A DNA stretch of 64,000 nt, taken from Desulfurococcaceae archaeon (GTDB lineage Archaea > Thermoproteota > Thermoprotei_A > Sulfolobales > Desulfurococcaceae). The stretch is from contig JAWBBW010000001.1 in NCBI GenBank assembly GCA_038824035.1, forward strand, positions 32,001-96,000, written 5' to 3'. Positions 21,277-31,360 of this stretch are shown piece after piece. Each line of letters begins with the position of its first letter. Within the stretch, counting starts at the first letter, position 1. A model generated the notes under the pieces. The model saw only the letters and a list, made by a program, of their open reading frames with translations. It was not told where the DNA came from and ran no database searches. A program made the translations under genes and the position numbers.

Positions 21277-22572
21277 TCACCTGTAGCCTATTCTCATTCT
21301 CTGAGTACTCATAAACATATATTCGAGTGGATGCCCTATAGTGCCCGTGATCTCCCTTATCACTTGTACAAAGCTCTCGGATATATCTCTAAAGGTCTCG
21401 TTTTTCAATCTAACCATTTCATCGACCTCCATGAATCCATGAGGTAATTGGCCGATCACCGGTGTTCTATACAAGAAGATCTCCTGTGAAACCCTTGGTA
21501 TGGTCTTGCCTAGTTCTGATGCCAATTTACTATTAAACACCACCATCCCCCTTTCAATGTTGATCAGAGGTCTTTGGATATATTTCTCCAGGTGGAAAAC
21601 GGTATTTTCGCTAGTCGTGATCGGGAACCTGGTAACCCATATATCGTTTCTTGGGAATATCAATTTATTGAACAAATTAATGGTATCCATGGCCATGTCG
21701 ACGCCGTACTTAATCCTTATGTCCTCTATCACCGAGGAGGCTTTTTCCACTGATTCCTCATCTACGTAGCTATAGAGACCTAGATCTACTCTTCCCACGT
21801 TACCATAGAATATCTCCCTGGCACGGGCGAATGAGGTGAACTTGGTTGTCTTGGTGAGACCCATTACATCATTTAGTTCATTTATCAAGACATCTCTATC
21901 TATCCCGGTTATTTTCTCAAGGACGTTTAATCCATCAAATTTAAAGGATTTCAGAGATCTCTTCACGCTAAACCATCTGATCAATGTGCCGTCTATAACG
22001 CATATAGGCTTTTTCAGCAAAAACCTCTTCAATTTAATCCCATAAGCGATCTCCATGAGCCCCTCCACATAGTTCACGAATTTCTTGAAATTACTCATTA
22101 ATTTCAAGCCAGATCCCGATGTCTGTTTATTCAACATAGCCGTTATCTCCTCAGAGATCCTGGGCGCGGACTCGGGCCTGATTAATACCGGGTTTTCATC
22201 GACAGGTATAAATCTGATTACGAATTCTGAGCCCTTCTCCCCTTGAACCCATCTCCCATATACGAAGTAGGTCTCATAGGGAGGCATATCACATATTTCA
22301 TGAACATATCTCACACGTCCTTCCTCATCTCTCACACATCCACCAATGTTTATGATATATAGCACTGAGACATCTGTCTCCACGTTGTTAAAGCCAGCAT
22401 CTACAAATACTATGGGGGCCTCTTGTTCGCGTGGAACGAGTGGTGAGACCTTGTAAAACGCCCTATAGGCCTCACTTCTCAGCCTTATTAATTCGCTTTC
22501 ACGGGATTTCACGAAGTCCTCTCTCATCTTGATCGCCACTTCTCTAATTATTTCAAGGATCTTCGAGCTCAT
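21277..22572 (-). CDS. nurA: NurA nuclease
   Basis: FVDAG, VIDGTL, GLTK, PHGFMEVD. Lies between mre11 and herA with an ATGA overlap. Confidence 0.75.
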   Translation of the reverse strand: MSSKILEIIREVAIKMREDFVKSRESELIRLRSEAYRAFYKVSPLVPREQEAPIVFVDAGFNNVETDVSVLYIINIGGCVRDEEGRVRYVHEICDMPPYETYFVYGRWVQGEKGSEFVIRFIPVDENPVLIRPESAPRISEEITAMLNKQTSGSGLKLMSNFKKFVNYVEGLMEIAYGIKLKRFLLKKPICVIDGTLIRWFSVKRSLKSFKFDGLNVLEKITGIDRDVLINELNDVMGLTKTTKFTSFARAREIFYGNVGRVDLGLYSYVDEESVEKASSVIEDIRIKYGVDMAMDTINLFNKLIFPRNDIWVTRFPITTSENTVFHLEKYIQRPLINIERGMVVFNSKLASELGKTIPRVSQEIFLYRTPVIGQLPHGFMEVDEMVRLKNETFRDISESFVQVIREITGTIGHPLEYMFMSTQRMRIGYR

Positions 22573-23852
22573 TTCTCGATCACCTCTTTCATCTCCCTCA
22601 AGATCTCGTCTAGTAGTCTTCTATAATATGTTTCATCGGGTTCACTGGATTTGGGCAAACTCAGTTGGTCAATCAACCACATCGCCTTATCCACCATGCT
22701 CGAAAGACCTTGCCTAGACAATATCTCTTTCACGATCTTCTTCTCTATTTCAAATATGGAATCGCCTGTTACATGTACGTCGATTACAGGGCCCTCGCCT
22801 AGAAGGGCGCTAGCTATACCCATAGATCTACCCGACCTAACCCTGATCATCACCTTGTACCTGTTCTCCATCTCCGCGATTTCCCGGTGAAGTCTGGCAT
22901 CGGGTAGTTGTATACTCCTGGCTCTTACTATAAACACCTTGTATTCATTGCTCATGTCCTTGACCTTGCTATTTACTTCGATCAAAAGGTCGTTGACATT
23001 GATATGGCTAGACTCTATCAGAGCTACTTTTGGCACGTTATCAAGTTCCAAGGCCTTAACCAAGGGCGGTTCATGTGAGAGATCAATGAGGAGCACTCTA
23101 CGTGATATACCTTTTTTAGCTAATTCATATGTCTCCTCCATGTCGTTTAAATCCATTCCTAAAGGCGCCCCTGAATATGCTATATTGCTCTTAAAGGCCT
23201 TCTCCAAGGGGATAGGCATATGTATGTGCCCGAGCGCAACGTATTTCGTGTTACTCGGTAACTTAGCCAATAAGTCATCGCCCTTGATACTCAGCTTGCC
23301 ATATCTATGATGATATGATGCGGGGTCGAAACCGGAGAACTTCACGCTCATATGTGCCACGACCACTGTGTCATGTCTATCCCCTTTACCATTAATTCCC
23401 TTGAACCTCACTTTACCCTGATCAATGTATTCGATCTCCTTGCCCCCCCTGAACCCGGGGATTCCATAGTAAACGACATTGTCCACAAGTAGTGGCAATG
23501 AAATCATCCACCCCGATAACTCCTCGTACCTTAATAGCCGAATTAACCCGGATTCGTCAAGTAATTCCAATATCCCTTTTCTATACCTCGAGTTATCATG
23601 ATTACCGGGCACGACCACTATTTCTTTCCCATTATCTCTGAGGTTTCTCAAGATCTTTATTGAACGTATTAAGAGGTCATAATTGTCCAACACGGCTTTG
23701 TCAAACATGTCCCCGGCTACTACGAGTGTTCTCGCATCGAGACCCATGACTTTCTCCGCTATTTCTTCTAAAACATCTATATAAGCCTTGCCGAGAAATG
23801 GATGCACTGACATCGCGCAACCAATGTGTAAATCACTTGTATGTATGAGCAT
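22569..23852 (-). CDS. mre11: Mre11 nuclease
   Basis: HTSDLH, AGDMFD, PGNHD, ALGHIH, YSGAP phosphoesterase motifs. Confidence 0.92.
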   Translation of the reverse strand: MLIHTSDLHIGCAMSVHPFLGKAYIDVLEEIAEKVMGLDARTLVVAGDMFDKAVLDNYDLLIRSIKILRNLRDNGKEIVVVPGNHDNSRYRKGILELLDESGLIRLLRYEELSGWMISLPLLVDNVVYYGIPGFRGGKEIEYIDQGKVRFKGINGKGDRHDTVVVAHMSVKFSGFDPASYHHRYGKLSIKGDDLLAKLPSNTKYVALGHIHMPIPLEKAFKSNIAYSGAPLGMDLNDMEETYELAKKGISRRVLLIDLSHEPPLVKALELDNVPKVALIESSHINVNDLLIEVNSKVKDMSNEYKVFIVRARSIQLPDARLHREIAEMENRYKVMIRVRSGRSMGIASALLGEGPVIDVHVTGDSIFEIEKKIVKEILSRQGLSSMVDKAMWLIDQLSLPKSSEPDETYYRRLLDEILREMKEVIEK

Positions 23853-23999
23853 TTAGAAGACACCTTGATTTCTAATTTCTAATAACAGGGTATATTAAAG
23901 GAGGCTCAAATCGATGTATTGGTATATTTGATTAGGAAGATAGGCCCTAAGTAATTGTTCATGGGGATTAAAGACAAAAAACCTTCAACGGGGAATAAT

Positions 24000-25799
24000 C
24001 TACTCGGTCAACTTGTAATCGGGCACCACTGGTGGTAAGCGGGCTTTTTTCGCATATATCGTGCTCAGCAGATAGTGTAATCCCAGTAATAGCGCCACGC
24101 CAATTGCTAATAATATAACTGGGTTTATTAGCCCCATCGCGAACATGATGTACAATACTATGCCAACTAGGCCGGCTAATAAAGCGTATGGCAACTGTGT
24201 CTTGACGTGATCTATGTGATCGCAACCGCTGAACATGGATGACATGATTGTTGTATCGCTTATGGGGGAACAATGGTCTCCGAATATACCACCGCCGAAG
24301 ACTGCACCTATTGCCGCGAACATGATCATATATGCTATCCAATCCTGGCCTGGGTAATGGATAAGTGCTAGTTTCCACGCCATGGGCACTGCGATGGGCA
24401 TCATTATTCCAAAAGTGCCCCAGCTAGTGCCAGTGTTGAACGATATGAACATCGATACCATGTATATTATCAATGGCACGAGTAACGCTGGTATACCTAT
24501 GGTCAACGCACCGTGTACAACGTAATCGGCTGTGCCAAGTGTATCGACAACAGTCTTAATGGTCCATGCATGTAGTAATATCGCGTTGGCGTAGAGCATC
24601 AAGTACATGCCTTTAACAGTATATCTCACACTATCTCTTAGACTGGCGTTTCTACTGAGCAATATCCAGGCAAGGGTGAAGAAATACGCGGCAAGCGAGG
24701 CCCAGAACAACGCCTTGGCCGCATCACAGTACTCCAATGCCTTGGCAAAACCAACCTCCCACCAGTGTTCTACGCCGATCTCCTCCATAGCCGCAACGCC
24801 GCCGGTGTACCACAGGCCCAATATTGCTATTGATATGAGCAATATCGCGGATATCACGAATAACCAGCCCGAAGCCCTCTTACCCGTGACAGGTTCTCTA
24901 CCGAGTACCTCTTCAGTTGGCATGAGGGGTGTGGCCCCATCTCTTAAAACCTTTCCCTCCTTAACAGCCCTGTGTTCAGCCATCAGCATTGGGCCGAAAT
25001 GCCTCCTCGTAATGCTGATCCAGAACACGAGGATGATTGCCAGTATTGAGTAGAAGTGATATGGCACAGCGTTAAGCCATGCATAATATGCCGCTATATC
25101 TGGCGCTATCGGTATCCCACCATTTGCAGCTTCTTCCTGCAATTTGACGATTGCATCGTTGATCAACGACACCTCGTAACCTATCCATGTAGAGACCACG
25201 AATAAGCCAGCAACAGGGGCTGCAGTGGAATCCACTATATAGCTGAGCATCTCTCTACTGATTCTGACCTTGTCCGTGACAGGCCTGGATGCATTGCCAA
25301 CCACAATCGTGTTTGTGTAGTCATCGAAGAATACTGTTAAACCAAGAACTGATGTTATTATGCTTGCTGTTCTCGAAGATTTAATGCCCTTTATAATTGA
25401 TTCAGCCGCTGAGTGCAGGGCGCCTGAGGCATATAATAAACCAACCCATGCACCGATGACGAAGTCAAATAACAATATAGTGGCATTCCATGAATTAATC
25501 GCGTTCTCTACATACCATTCAAACACCTTTAATGAAGCTGTTATGGGATTATATGCGGCCACCATTAACGCGCCTATCCATATACCTAGGAATAAAGATG
25601 GTAAGACCTCGCCTGTGACCATGCACAGGGCAATGGCTAGCAATGGCGGTAATAATGGAAAGGTGATGTACGGAAACCTCTTATCCTTGGGCATGAACTC
25701 AGCGTGTGGTGGGACATACGCGATCAGCGCGATGATTATAACGACTAGCACGATGATCCACTTGTACGGCACACCTTTCCTTGTCAAGAACCCCACCAA
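24000..25799 (-). CDS. NhaC family Na+/H+ antiporter or amino-acid transporter
   Basis: FFDDY, ISRE...DSTAAP, TGTSWGT, GDHCSPISDTT, multiple transmembrane segments. Confidence 0.88.
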   Translation of the reverse strand: MVGFLTRKGVPYKWIIVLVVIIIALIAYVPPHAEFMPKDKRFPYITFPLLPPLLAIALCMVTGEVLPSLFLGIWIGALMVAAYNPITASLKVFEWYVENAINSWNATILLFDFVIGAWVGLLYASGALHSAAESIIKGIKSSRTASIITSVLGLTVFFDDYTNTIVVGNASRPVTDKVRISREMLSYIVDSTAAPVAGLFVVSTWIGYEVSLINDAIVKLQEEAANGGIPIAPDIAAYYAWLNAVPYHFYSILAIILVFWISITRRHFGPMLMAEHRAVKEGKVLRDGATPLMPTEEVLGREPVTGKRASGWLFVISAILLISIAILGLWYTGGVAAMEEIGVEHWWEVGFAKALEYCDAAKALFWASLAAYFFTLAWILLSRNASLRDSVRYTVKGMYLMLYANAILLHAWTIKTVVDTLGTADYVVHGALTIGIPALLVPLIIYMVSMFISFNTGTSWGTFGIMMPIAVPMAWKLALIHYPGQDWIAYMIMFAAIGAVFGGGIFGDHCSPISDTTIMSSMFSGCDHIDHVKTQLPYALLAGLVGIVLYIMFAMGLINPVILLAIGVALLLGLHYLLSTIYAKKARLPPVVPDYKLTE

Positions 25800-26527
25800 G
25801 TAGACAATATGTGGCTTAAATTTAAAATCATTTACAACTAGTTAATCAATAATATATAGTTATACATACCATGAAATAAGCATTATAGTTTGGTAAATAT
25901 ACATGATTTCCAAACATCCCACGACGGCGAAGCCGCAGAGCCGTGTGTATTACTGGTCAATGGTAGAAGAGCTGGGCAAGTGACCAGGACAGGGTGAGCT
26001 CTCAGTTAATTAGGTTTACCAGGTGATTAACACATCAACAACATCATAGAGCACATCAATATCGCTTAATTCTAACAAGGCCGAGCTTGGATCTCAATGT
26101 ATATAGAGTGGTGTAGTTTTCAAGATCAATTCTATGTTACCCACTCGGATCTATTACCAAGCCGTAGAGAAACAAATCAAGCATCCCCCATGGTATCCCA
26201 GATCTAGCTAAATAAAGCCCAATCCGGTTTTGTACAGGGCTTCGAAATTTCTCCTTTTCATGAATATACATGGATCTGTAGCCCTCACAATAACACCGTG
26301 TGATATAATAGTAGCTAAGCATAATCCTATTTCTACGAAATTTAACGGACTCTATCACCCACGTACTCGTGGTTTATGTAATATCTCTGGAAATATCATT
26401 GTCTTTTCAACACTGGCTAGAGATCGTGAAGCAGAGTATAGAATTGATCATTAATTAGAAGTTCTTATTATGTAATGATTGTTGAGCCGGGTTAGCATTA
26501 ACTAGAGGTTCTATGAGGACCGATCTA

Positions 26528-26602
26528 TGGGGCCGCGGGGATTTGAACCCCGGGTCACGGGGGCCCAAGCCCCGCATCCTAGCCAGGCTAGACTACGGCC
26601 CC
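26528..26602 (-). tRNA. tRNA-Pro(TGG)
   Basis: GGGGCCG/CGGCCCC acceptor stem, anticodon arm CGGGG-CTTGGGC-CCCCG, T loop GTTCAAATC. CCA not encoded. Confidence 0.96.
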
Positions 26603-26672
26603 CTTTAGAATAGAAATCACAGAGCGGGTTTTAAATCCCTTCTTCAATCGATCTCTTGGAATCGACCCAGTG

Positions 26673-27662
26673 TTAGTTAAATACTTTGTGCGCGATGCTC
26701 TTATACCTGGATATATTCCTCGTTTCCAATGGATCTATGCCTCTCAAGCGAGCTAGTTTCACGCTTGCTAATCCGATAATTAATGTGCCGTAAATCAGCT
26801 TTTCAAGGAGATTACTGCCCCTGAGTGCTAGTCTATAGGTTGATAATCCAAGATCTCTATAGATTTCATCCATAAACTCCACCAATTGAACACCCACTTT
26901 ATCATCGGGGTCCACGATCTCCAGTACACAGTGATCCCTTGTGAAAGGTTTTTCATAGCCAACGATATCGTTATGCATCCATTCAGGTGCTATATCTAAT
27001 TTAACTAGTGTTTTACTGTTCTCGTTAAACTCGTTCTTGCCCCTGGTCGCCAGCGATTCCAATGGGACATGAGTTGCTATTACAAGTTCTCTGTGTTCTC
27101 TGTAGATCCATGTTGCCATTTCCTCGGAGATCTTGTAAATGCTTTCGAGGCCTTTGTTGAGAAACACTAGAGAGCTTTCAGCTGTTTTTTTATCGACAAG
27201 TGTATAACCACTAGTATCCAATAACCCCAGTATCCTGTAGAGCATTACCGGCAATGCCGCCCTAGGAGCCAGGCCCTCGGGGAGGTCTATGTGTAAGGCG
27301 CCTTTATCGGCGAAGTATTTCTTCAATAAGCCACCACTTGAAACTGTGACCACGTAGGCGCCTCTCTTTATCGCTTGACCAGTTGCTTTCAAGGTCTCAA
27401 CAGTATTGCCACTATAGCTCACTGCTATGAAAAGCGTTTCTGAATCCACGAAGCCAGGTATCACGTGTGATTTCACCACGTATACTGGATACTTGTAATT
27501 GTTGTTTGTGATAGCTAATGTGGCTATGTAGTCGCCTACTATGCCGCTACCACCCATACCTGCTATTGTGATTTTATTAAAACCCTTTTCAATACCGAAC
27601 ATAGACCATTTATCCAGCGCATCCTTGATCAAGCCTGGCCATGACATGTACATGGATTCCAT
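26673..27662 (-). CDS. bifunctional phosphoglucose/phosphomannose isomerase (SIS)
   Basis: GMGGSG, VSYSGNTVET, PRAA, NENSK, PEWMHN. Confidence 0.9.
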   Translation of the reverse strand: MESMYMSWPGLIKDALDKWSMFGIEKGFNKITIAGMGGSGIVGDYIATLAITNNNYKYPVYVVKSHVIPGFVDSETLFIAVSYSGNTVETLKATGQAIKRGAYVVTVSSGGLLKKYFADKGALHIDLPEGLAPRAALPVMLYRILGLLDTSGYTLVDKKTAESSLVFLNKGLESIYKISEEMATWIYREHRELVIATHVPLESLATRGKNEFNENSKTLVKLDIAPEWMHNDIVGYEKPFTRDHCVLEIVDPDDKVGVQLVEFMDEIYRDLGLSTYRLALRGSNLLEKLIYGTLIIGLASVKLARLRGIDPLETRNISRYKSIAHKVFN

Positions 27663-27724
27663 TTTTAATCACCTTTCCTTATTATATGGGTTGTTGATAA
27701 TAATGCTTTGGCATACCTTGTCAA

Positions 27725-28387
27725 ATGGGCGCATACATCATGATCCTAGATATATTGACGAGGGGTAGAGTGATCGTATCTTGTAAAAATATGAATTTAA
27801 AGATAAAGCTCGCATCGATCCTCATTGATCACCTATTAACACGTGGATACGAAGTATTCATTATTGATAAACACCTCGTTTTAACCAGGTATTTGCCAGA
27901 ACACATAGCTCATAGAGTGAAGATACTTGAAAACCCTGTGGAAAATATGAGAGGCGGGAACGCCTATGTACTTGTGTTCGAATCCCCCCGATCAGTCATT
28001 GAGATACAGGGATTTGAAAGGATTATCGTGTTTACATCTACATTGAGAAACATGCCTAGATCTCTGAAAGGCTTCAACACCGTAGTCATAAAGACTATTT
28101 CAAACAACACGTACTCTTTCCACGATGTCGAAGAAGGCATTAAAGTGAGATTCTCAATCATGGGCGATGAGATAAGGGTTATTGAGAAACCAGGAGGTGC
28201 ATTTGGAAAAGCACTGGAGATCTTGGAGAACGCTATGGTCGTTTACGGGGAGTTAACGACAAAGGATGCGATAAGATTGATCTCGAGAGAGCTTGGTGTT
28301 AGCAAGGAATTGGCTAGAAGGATTCTTGGAAAACTGATCGAGGATAAGTACATAAGGATATTGAAAGGGAGGATCTCACTTGTATAG
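27725..28387 (+). CDS. hypothetical protein with probable C-terminal winged-HTH
   Basis: 220-aa ORF filling the gap. C-terminal helix pattern DAIRLISRELGVSKELARRILGKL followed by a beta hairpin. Confidence 0.6.
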   Translation: MGAYIMILDILTRGRVIVSCKNMNLKIKLASILIDHLLTRGYEVFIIDKHLVLTRYLPEHIAHRVKILENPVENMRGGNAYVLVFESPRSVIEIQGFERIIVFTSTLRNMPRSLKGFNTVVIKTISNNTYSFHDVEEGIKVRFSIMGDEIRVIEKPGGAFGKALEILENAMVVYGELTTKDAIRLISRELGVSKELARRILGKLIEDKYIRILKGRISLV

Positions 28388-28394
28388 GAGATCT

Positions 28395-28874
28395 CTAAGC
28401 GTTCTCAAGGGACTCATCGAAATATACCTTGAGTAAACCGAGTTTCTTAAACACAACATTGATGTAGTCATCTACGATATTGCGTTGAATGCCGGATCTC
28501 TCGATTTTGGCCAACACAACGCTTTCTACAATTGAGTATTTTTTATACCTCTCATTCAACTCCCTCCAAGGGATCCCTGAAAAGGCCTTTGCTACTTGGT
28601 TATCAATAGGTAATACCCCTTTCAGGAACATGAGAGAGATTATTGGATACCCTATGTACCCTCTGTATATGGTGCCGTTGTCATTGCTGTAAACACGGAA
28701 CATATTCCCTCCCTCATCGATCAAGACTACTTTGTATTCTCGCTCACCTCCACTAGATTTCACAATGGCCTTGGTGGATGAAACTGGCTTAACACGTCCA
28801 TCGCTGAGAGCGCCAAGGGCCTCCATGACCTTTATACGAGGAGGTTTAGATAATAACTTCAAATACAATGTCAC
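28395..28874 (-). CDS. conserved hypothetical protein
   Basis: 159-aa ORF with IKVMEALGALSDGRV and SNDNG...GYP motifs, abutting the upstream ORF. Confidence 0.7.
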   Translation of the reverse strand: MTLYLKLLSKPPRIKVMEALGALSDGRVKPVSSTKAIVKSSGGEREYKVVLIDEGGNMFRVYSNDNGTIYRGYIGYPIISLMFLKGVLPIDNQVAKAFSGIPWRELNERYKKYSIVESVVLAKIERSGIQRNIVDDYINVVFKKLGLLKVYFDESLENA

Positions 28875-29105
28875 CTATTTTTTCTTTAGAACAATGAAGG
28901 GGTTTTCGGATAAAACCTCCCCTATACCCTCTATTCGTTGCCCAATGCCGTATTTGATGTATTTCTCTAATAAGTCCTTTTCGATTTTAACGTAGAAATA
29001 TGTTTCATTGCCATTTACCGAGCCATACGCGTAGATCAATATTTCGTTAAAACCCGGTAATTGCTCGAAACCTATAATCACCCCGGAGAAATATATCTCG
29101 CCCAT
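28875..29105 (-). CDS. small hypothetical protein (possible OB-like fold)
   Basis: 76-aa beta-rich ORF with a GGT-containing SD-like element, stop directly adjacent to the next start. Confidence 0.6.
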   Translation of the reverse strand: MGEIYFSGVIIGFEQLPGFNEILIYAYGSVNGNETYFYVKIEKDLLEKYIKYGIGQRIEGIGEVLSENPFIVLKKK

Positions 29106-29248
29106 CTCTATACCACTTTATCCACATTAATTCATGCTCATTAGTATTAATCACAGCGAGCAATATATAAGTTATCGTGCCAGATAGGCTTTTATATAAG
29201 CTATATCAATATAAATTATAATGACATGGATCTAAATGGTGATGTGAA

Positions 29249-30043
29249 TTGAGTGAGGCTATAAGGGAATTAGAGCTCAACACGGGGATTATAATAGCCG
29301 GTGCTTATGCCGATAAAGTGCGGAGAACAGCGTTTGCACAGTTATCCGATTTAATCAAGCAGAACAAGGAAATCGCCAAAGAGGTGGCGAGAGCCACGGC
29401 TGAGTTAAACATGGTGTTATATCATATACTGGTCGAGAACCTGAAAATAGAGAAAGGCGATGCTGTGAGGATAAGGATCAAGTATATATATGACAGTGCT
29501 TCGAATAAATTGAAATGGAAATACGATTCACTGAGAGTGGAAGTGTTTAAGAGGGTCCCGGATGAACAAGTGGCAGAGATTACCAATAGAGTGATGAAAG
29601 AGAAACTCGAAGAAGTGCAGAAAGCGTATGCAACAGGCCCCGAGGTCGTCGAGGAGAAACCAGTTGAGAAACGAGAAGTAATTGAAAGATTAGAGAAACC
29701 AATGCCAGAGCTTGCCCCTGTGGACGTGTTGCAAAACGTGGCTTCAGTGGACATAGTTGGAGAAATAGTTACTGGTGGTTATTTAGCGAAATTATCAAGA
29801 ATGGATGGAGTCTCAATGGGGTTGGTATCATTAACTCCTAGTGGTGAAGACGTTGTAATAGATGCAGTTGTCCTCGTGGAGAACAAGGCGTTCAGGTATA
29901 TGGCTAGGACTTCCACTAAATTGGATATATTGATTGAAGAGCCTGGTAAAGTACTGGAAATACTTAAGGCGAGTAAACCAACCCAGCTAAGCAAAGAGGA
30001 GGCTAGTAGATTGATCAACGAGAAAATGCAGTCATTGATCTAA
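29249..30043 (+). CDS. DUF2258 / ThermoDBP-related single-stranded nucleic-acid binding protein
   Basis: LNTGIIIAGAYADKVRRT...ELN...KGDAVRIRI N-terminal domain, GGTGA SD. Confidence 0.8.
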   Translation: MSEAIRELELNTGIIIAGAYADKVRRTAFAQLSDLIKQNKEIAKEVARATAELNMVLYHILVENLKIEKGDAVRIRIKYIYDSASNKLKWKYDSLRVEVFKRVPDEQVAEITNRVMKEKLEEVQKAYATGPEVVEEKPVEKREVIERLEKPMPELAPVDVLQNVASVDIVGEIVTGGYLAKLSRMDGVSMGLVSLTPSGEDVVIDAVVLVENKAFRYMARTSTKLDILIEEPGKVLEILKASKPTQLSKEEASRLINEKMQSLI

Positions 30044-30162
30044 GTGTCGACCTAGCCCTCGATATCACAGGTGTAAAACCCCCGGGAAAGTGATGTATGC
30101 TTTACAGGTTCTTAGCTATAGCAATGTACCTGGCTCATACCTTGGTGTTTATCTAGAGGAAA

Positions 30163-30228
30163 AGGTCAGCCCCGCGCGAGTACTTCATCCCCTTTAAAGG
30201 GTTTTACCTGCCACGCGTCTTCATCCCC
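30163..30228 (-). ncRNA. candidate box C/D sRNA
   Basis: Minus strand: C ATGAAGA (30224-30218), guide CGCGTGGCAGG, degenerate D', CCCTTTAAAGGG spacer, C' ATGAAGT, guide ACTCGCGCGGGG, D CTGA (30169-30166). Confidence 0.5.
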
Positions 30229-30336
30229 ATGGTATTGAGCCCATTTTCCATTATTTCAGACAGCACACCAATTTAGAATACCAGGTCTTTTGGCTTTAAT
30301 TCCTTTGCCATGGGAGTTGTGTTTAAGGGAGTTTCA

Positions 30337-31341
30337 ATGCCTAGGATAGATATCGGGGAGGCTCCGCCGGGCATTCTGGATCTGAGTAACGAGGAGATCC
30401 TGAGGGAATTCGAGTTAACACTTGAAACTAGCGGGGCATCCAGGGACACTATTAAGTCGTATATGGCGGCTGTAAGTGATTTCCTATCATTCATTGGTAA
30501 TAAGCCATTGAGAGAGATCACTGCTAGGGATATATTGAACTGGAGAAATGATAGATTGAGAAATGGGTTCAATAACTCCAAGACAATGGATAGATCTAAG
30601 TGGCAGGTCACACTTCACTATTACACTATCATGTTGCGGAGATTCCTGAAATGGCTTGGACTGGATATCAAGGTACCGGGCGTTAAAAAGCCACAGGCGA
30701 GAATTGATGTCCTCAGTGATGAGGAACTTCAATCACTTCTACGTGTTGCCAAGAAGCCTTTGGATAGGTTAATACTGAGTCTCCTGATAAGCACAGGTCT
30801 ACGTAGCAGGGAGCTATTGGAACTGAGAGTGGAGGATGTGGATTTTAATAGACAGGTACTGAGAGTGAGGTCTGCTAAGTATGGAAGAGAACGCTATGTG
30901 ACAGCCACTCCAGAGGTATTTGATATGATCGATTCTTGGATCAAATTAAATGGACTGAAGCCCGGTGACAAGTTGTTCAGCTTGACTTATAGCGGGTTAT
31001 ACAAGAAGATAAAGACCTTGGCCAAGAGGGCCGGCATAGATACAGCCAAGATAAGGCCACATGTATTGAGACATACCTTTGCCACGTTGGCTATTAGAAA
31101 GGGGATGAGCCTGCCAAGTCTTCAGAGACTACTAGGACATAGTGATATAAGGACTACTCAGATATACCTACACTTGACAATAGATGATATAAAGAGAGAA
31201 TATGAAGAGAAATTCGCAGACACTAATATGGTTTTAAATCGCTGTATCAACTGCAACAGGGAGATACCAAGAGATGCTTCGTATTGTCCATATTGTGGCA
31301 TAAATCTTGGCATTAGTCGAGCCGCGTTATCACAGGCATAG
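30337..31341 (+). CDS. xerA: XerA-type tyrosine recombinase with C-terminal zinc ribbon
   Basis: TGLRSRE, HVLRHTFAT, LLGHSDIRTTQIY catalytic set. Tail CINC...CPYC. Start at MPRID (alternative start 30310). Confidence 0.85.
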   Translation: MPRIDIGEAPPGILDLSNEEILREFELTLETSGASRDTIKSYMAAVSDFLSFIGNKPLREITARDILNWRNDRLRNGFNNSKTMDRSKWQVTLHYYTIMLRRFLKWLGLDIKVPGVKKPQARIDVLSDEELQSLLRVAKKPLDRLILSLLISTGLRSRELLELRVEDVDFNRQVLRVRSAKYGRERYVTATPEVFDMIDSWIKLNGLKPGDKLFSLTYSGLYKKIKTLAKRAGIDTAKIRPHVLRHTFATLAIRKGMSLPSLQRLLGHSDIRTTQIYLHLTIDDIKREYEEKFADTNMVLNRCINCNREIPRDASYCPYCGINLGISRAALSQA

Positions 31342-31360
31342 ATATGGCTTAGGTGTATTT

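Noticed and set aside
25953-25991. H/ACA-like hairpin followed by ACA
   Set aside because: The 21-nt interior is too short for a pocket, upper stem and K-loop.
26000-26027. dif-like TAA-N6-TTA site (CAGTTAA TTAGGT TTACCAG)
   Set aside because: The arms match poorly beyond the core, which is expected by chance in AT-rich DNA.
30310-31341. Provirus or integrative element around the tyrosine recombinase
   Set aside because: The flanks are housekeeping or conserved genes, with no adjacent tRNA duplication, split integrase or viral genes.
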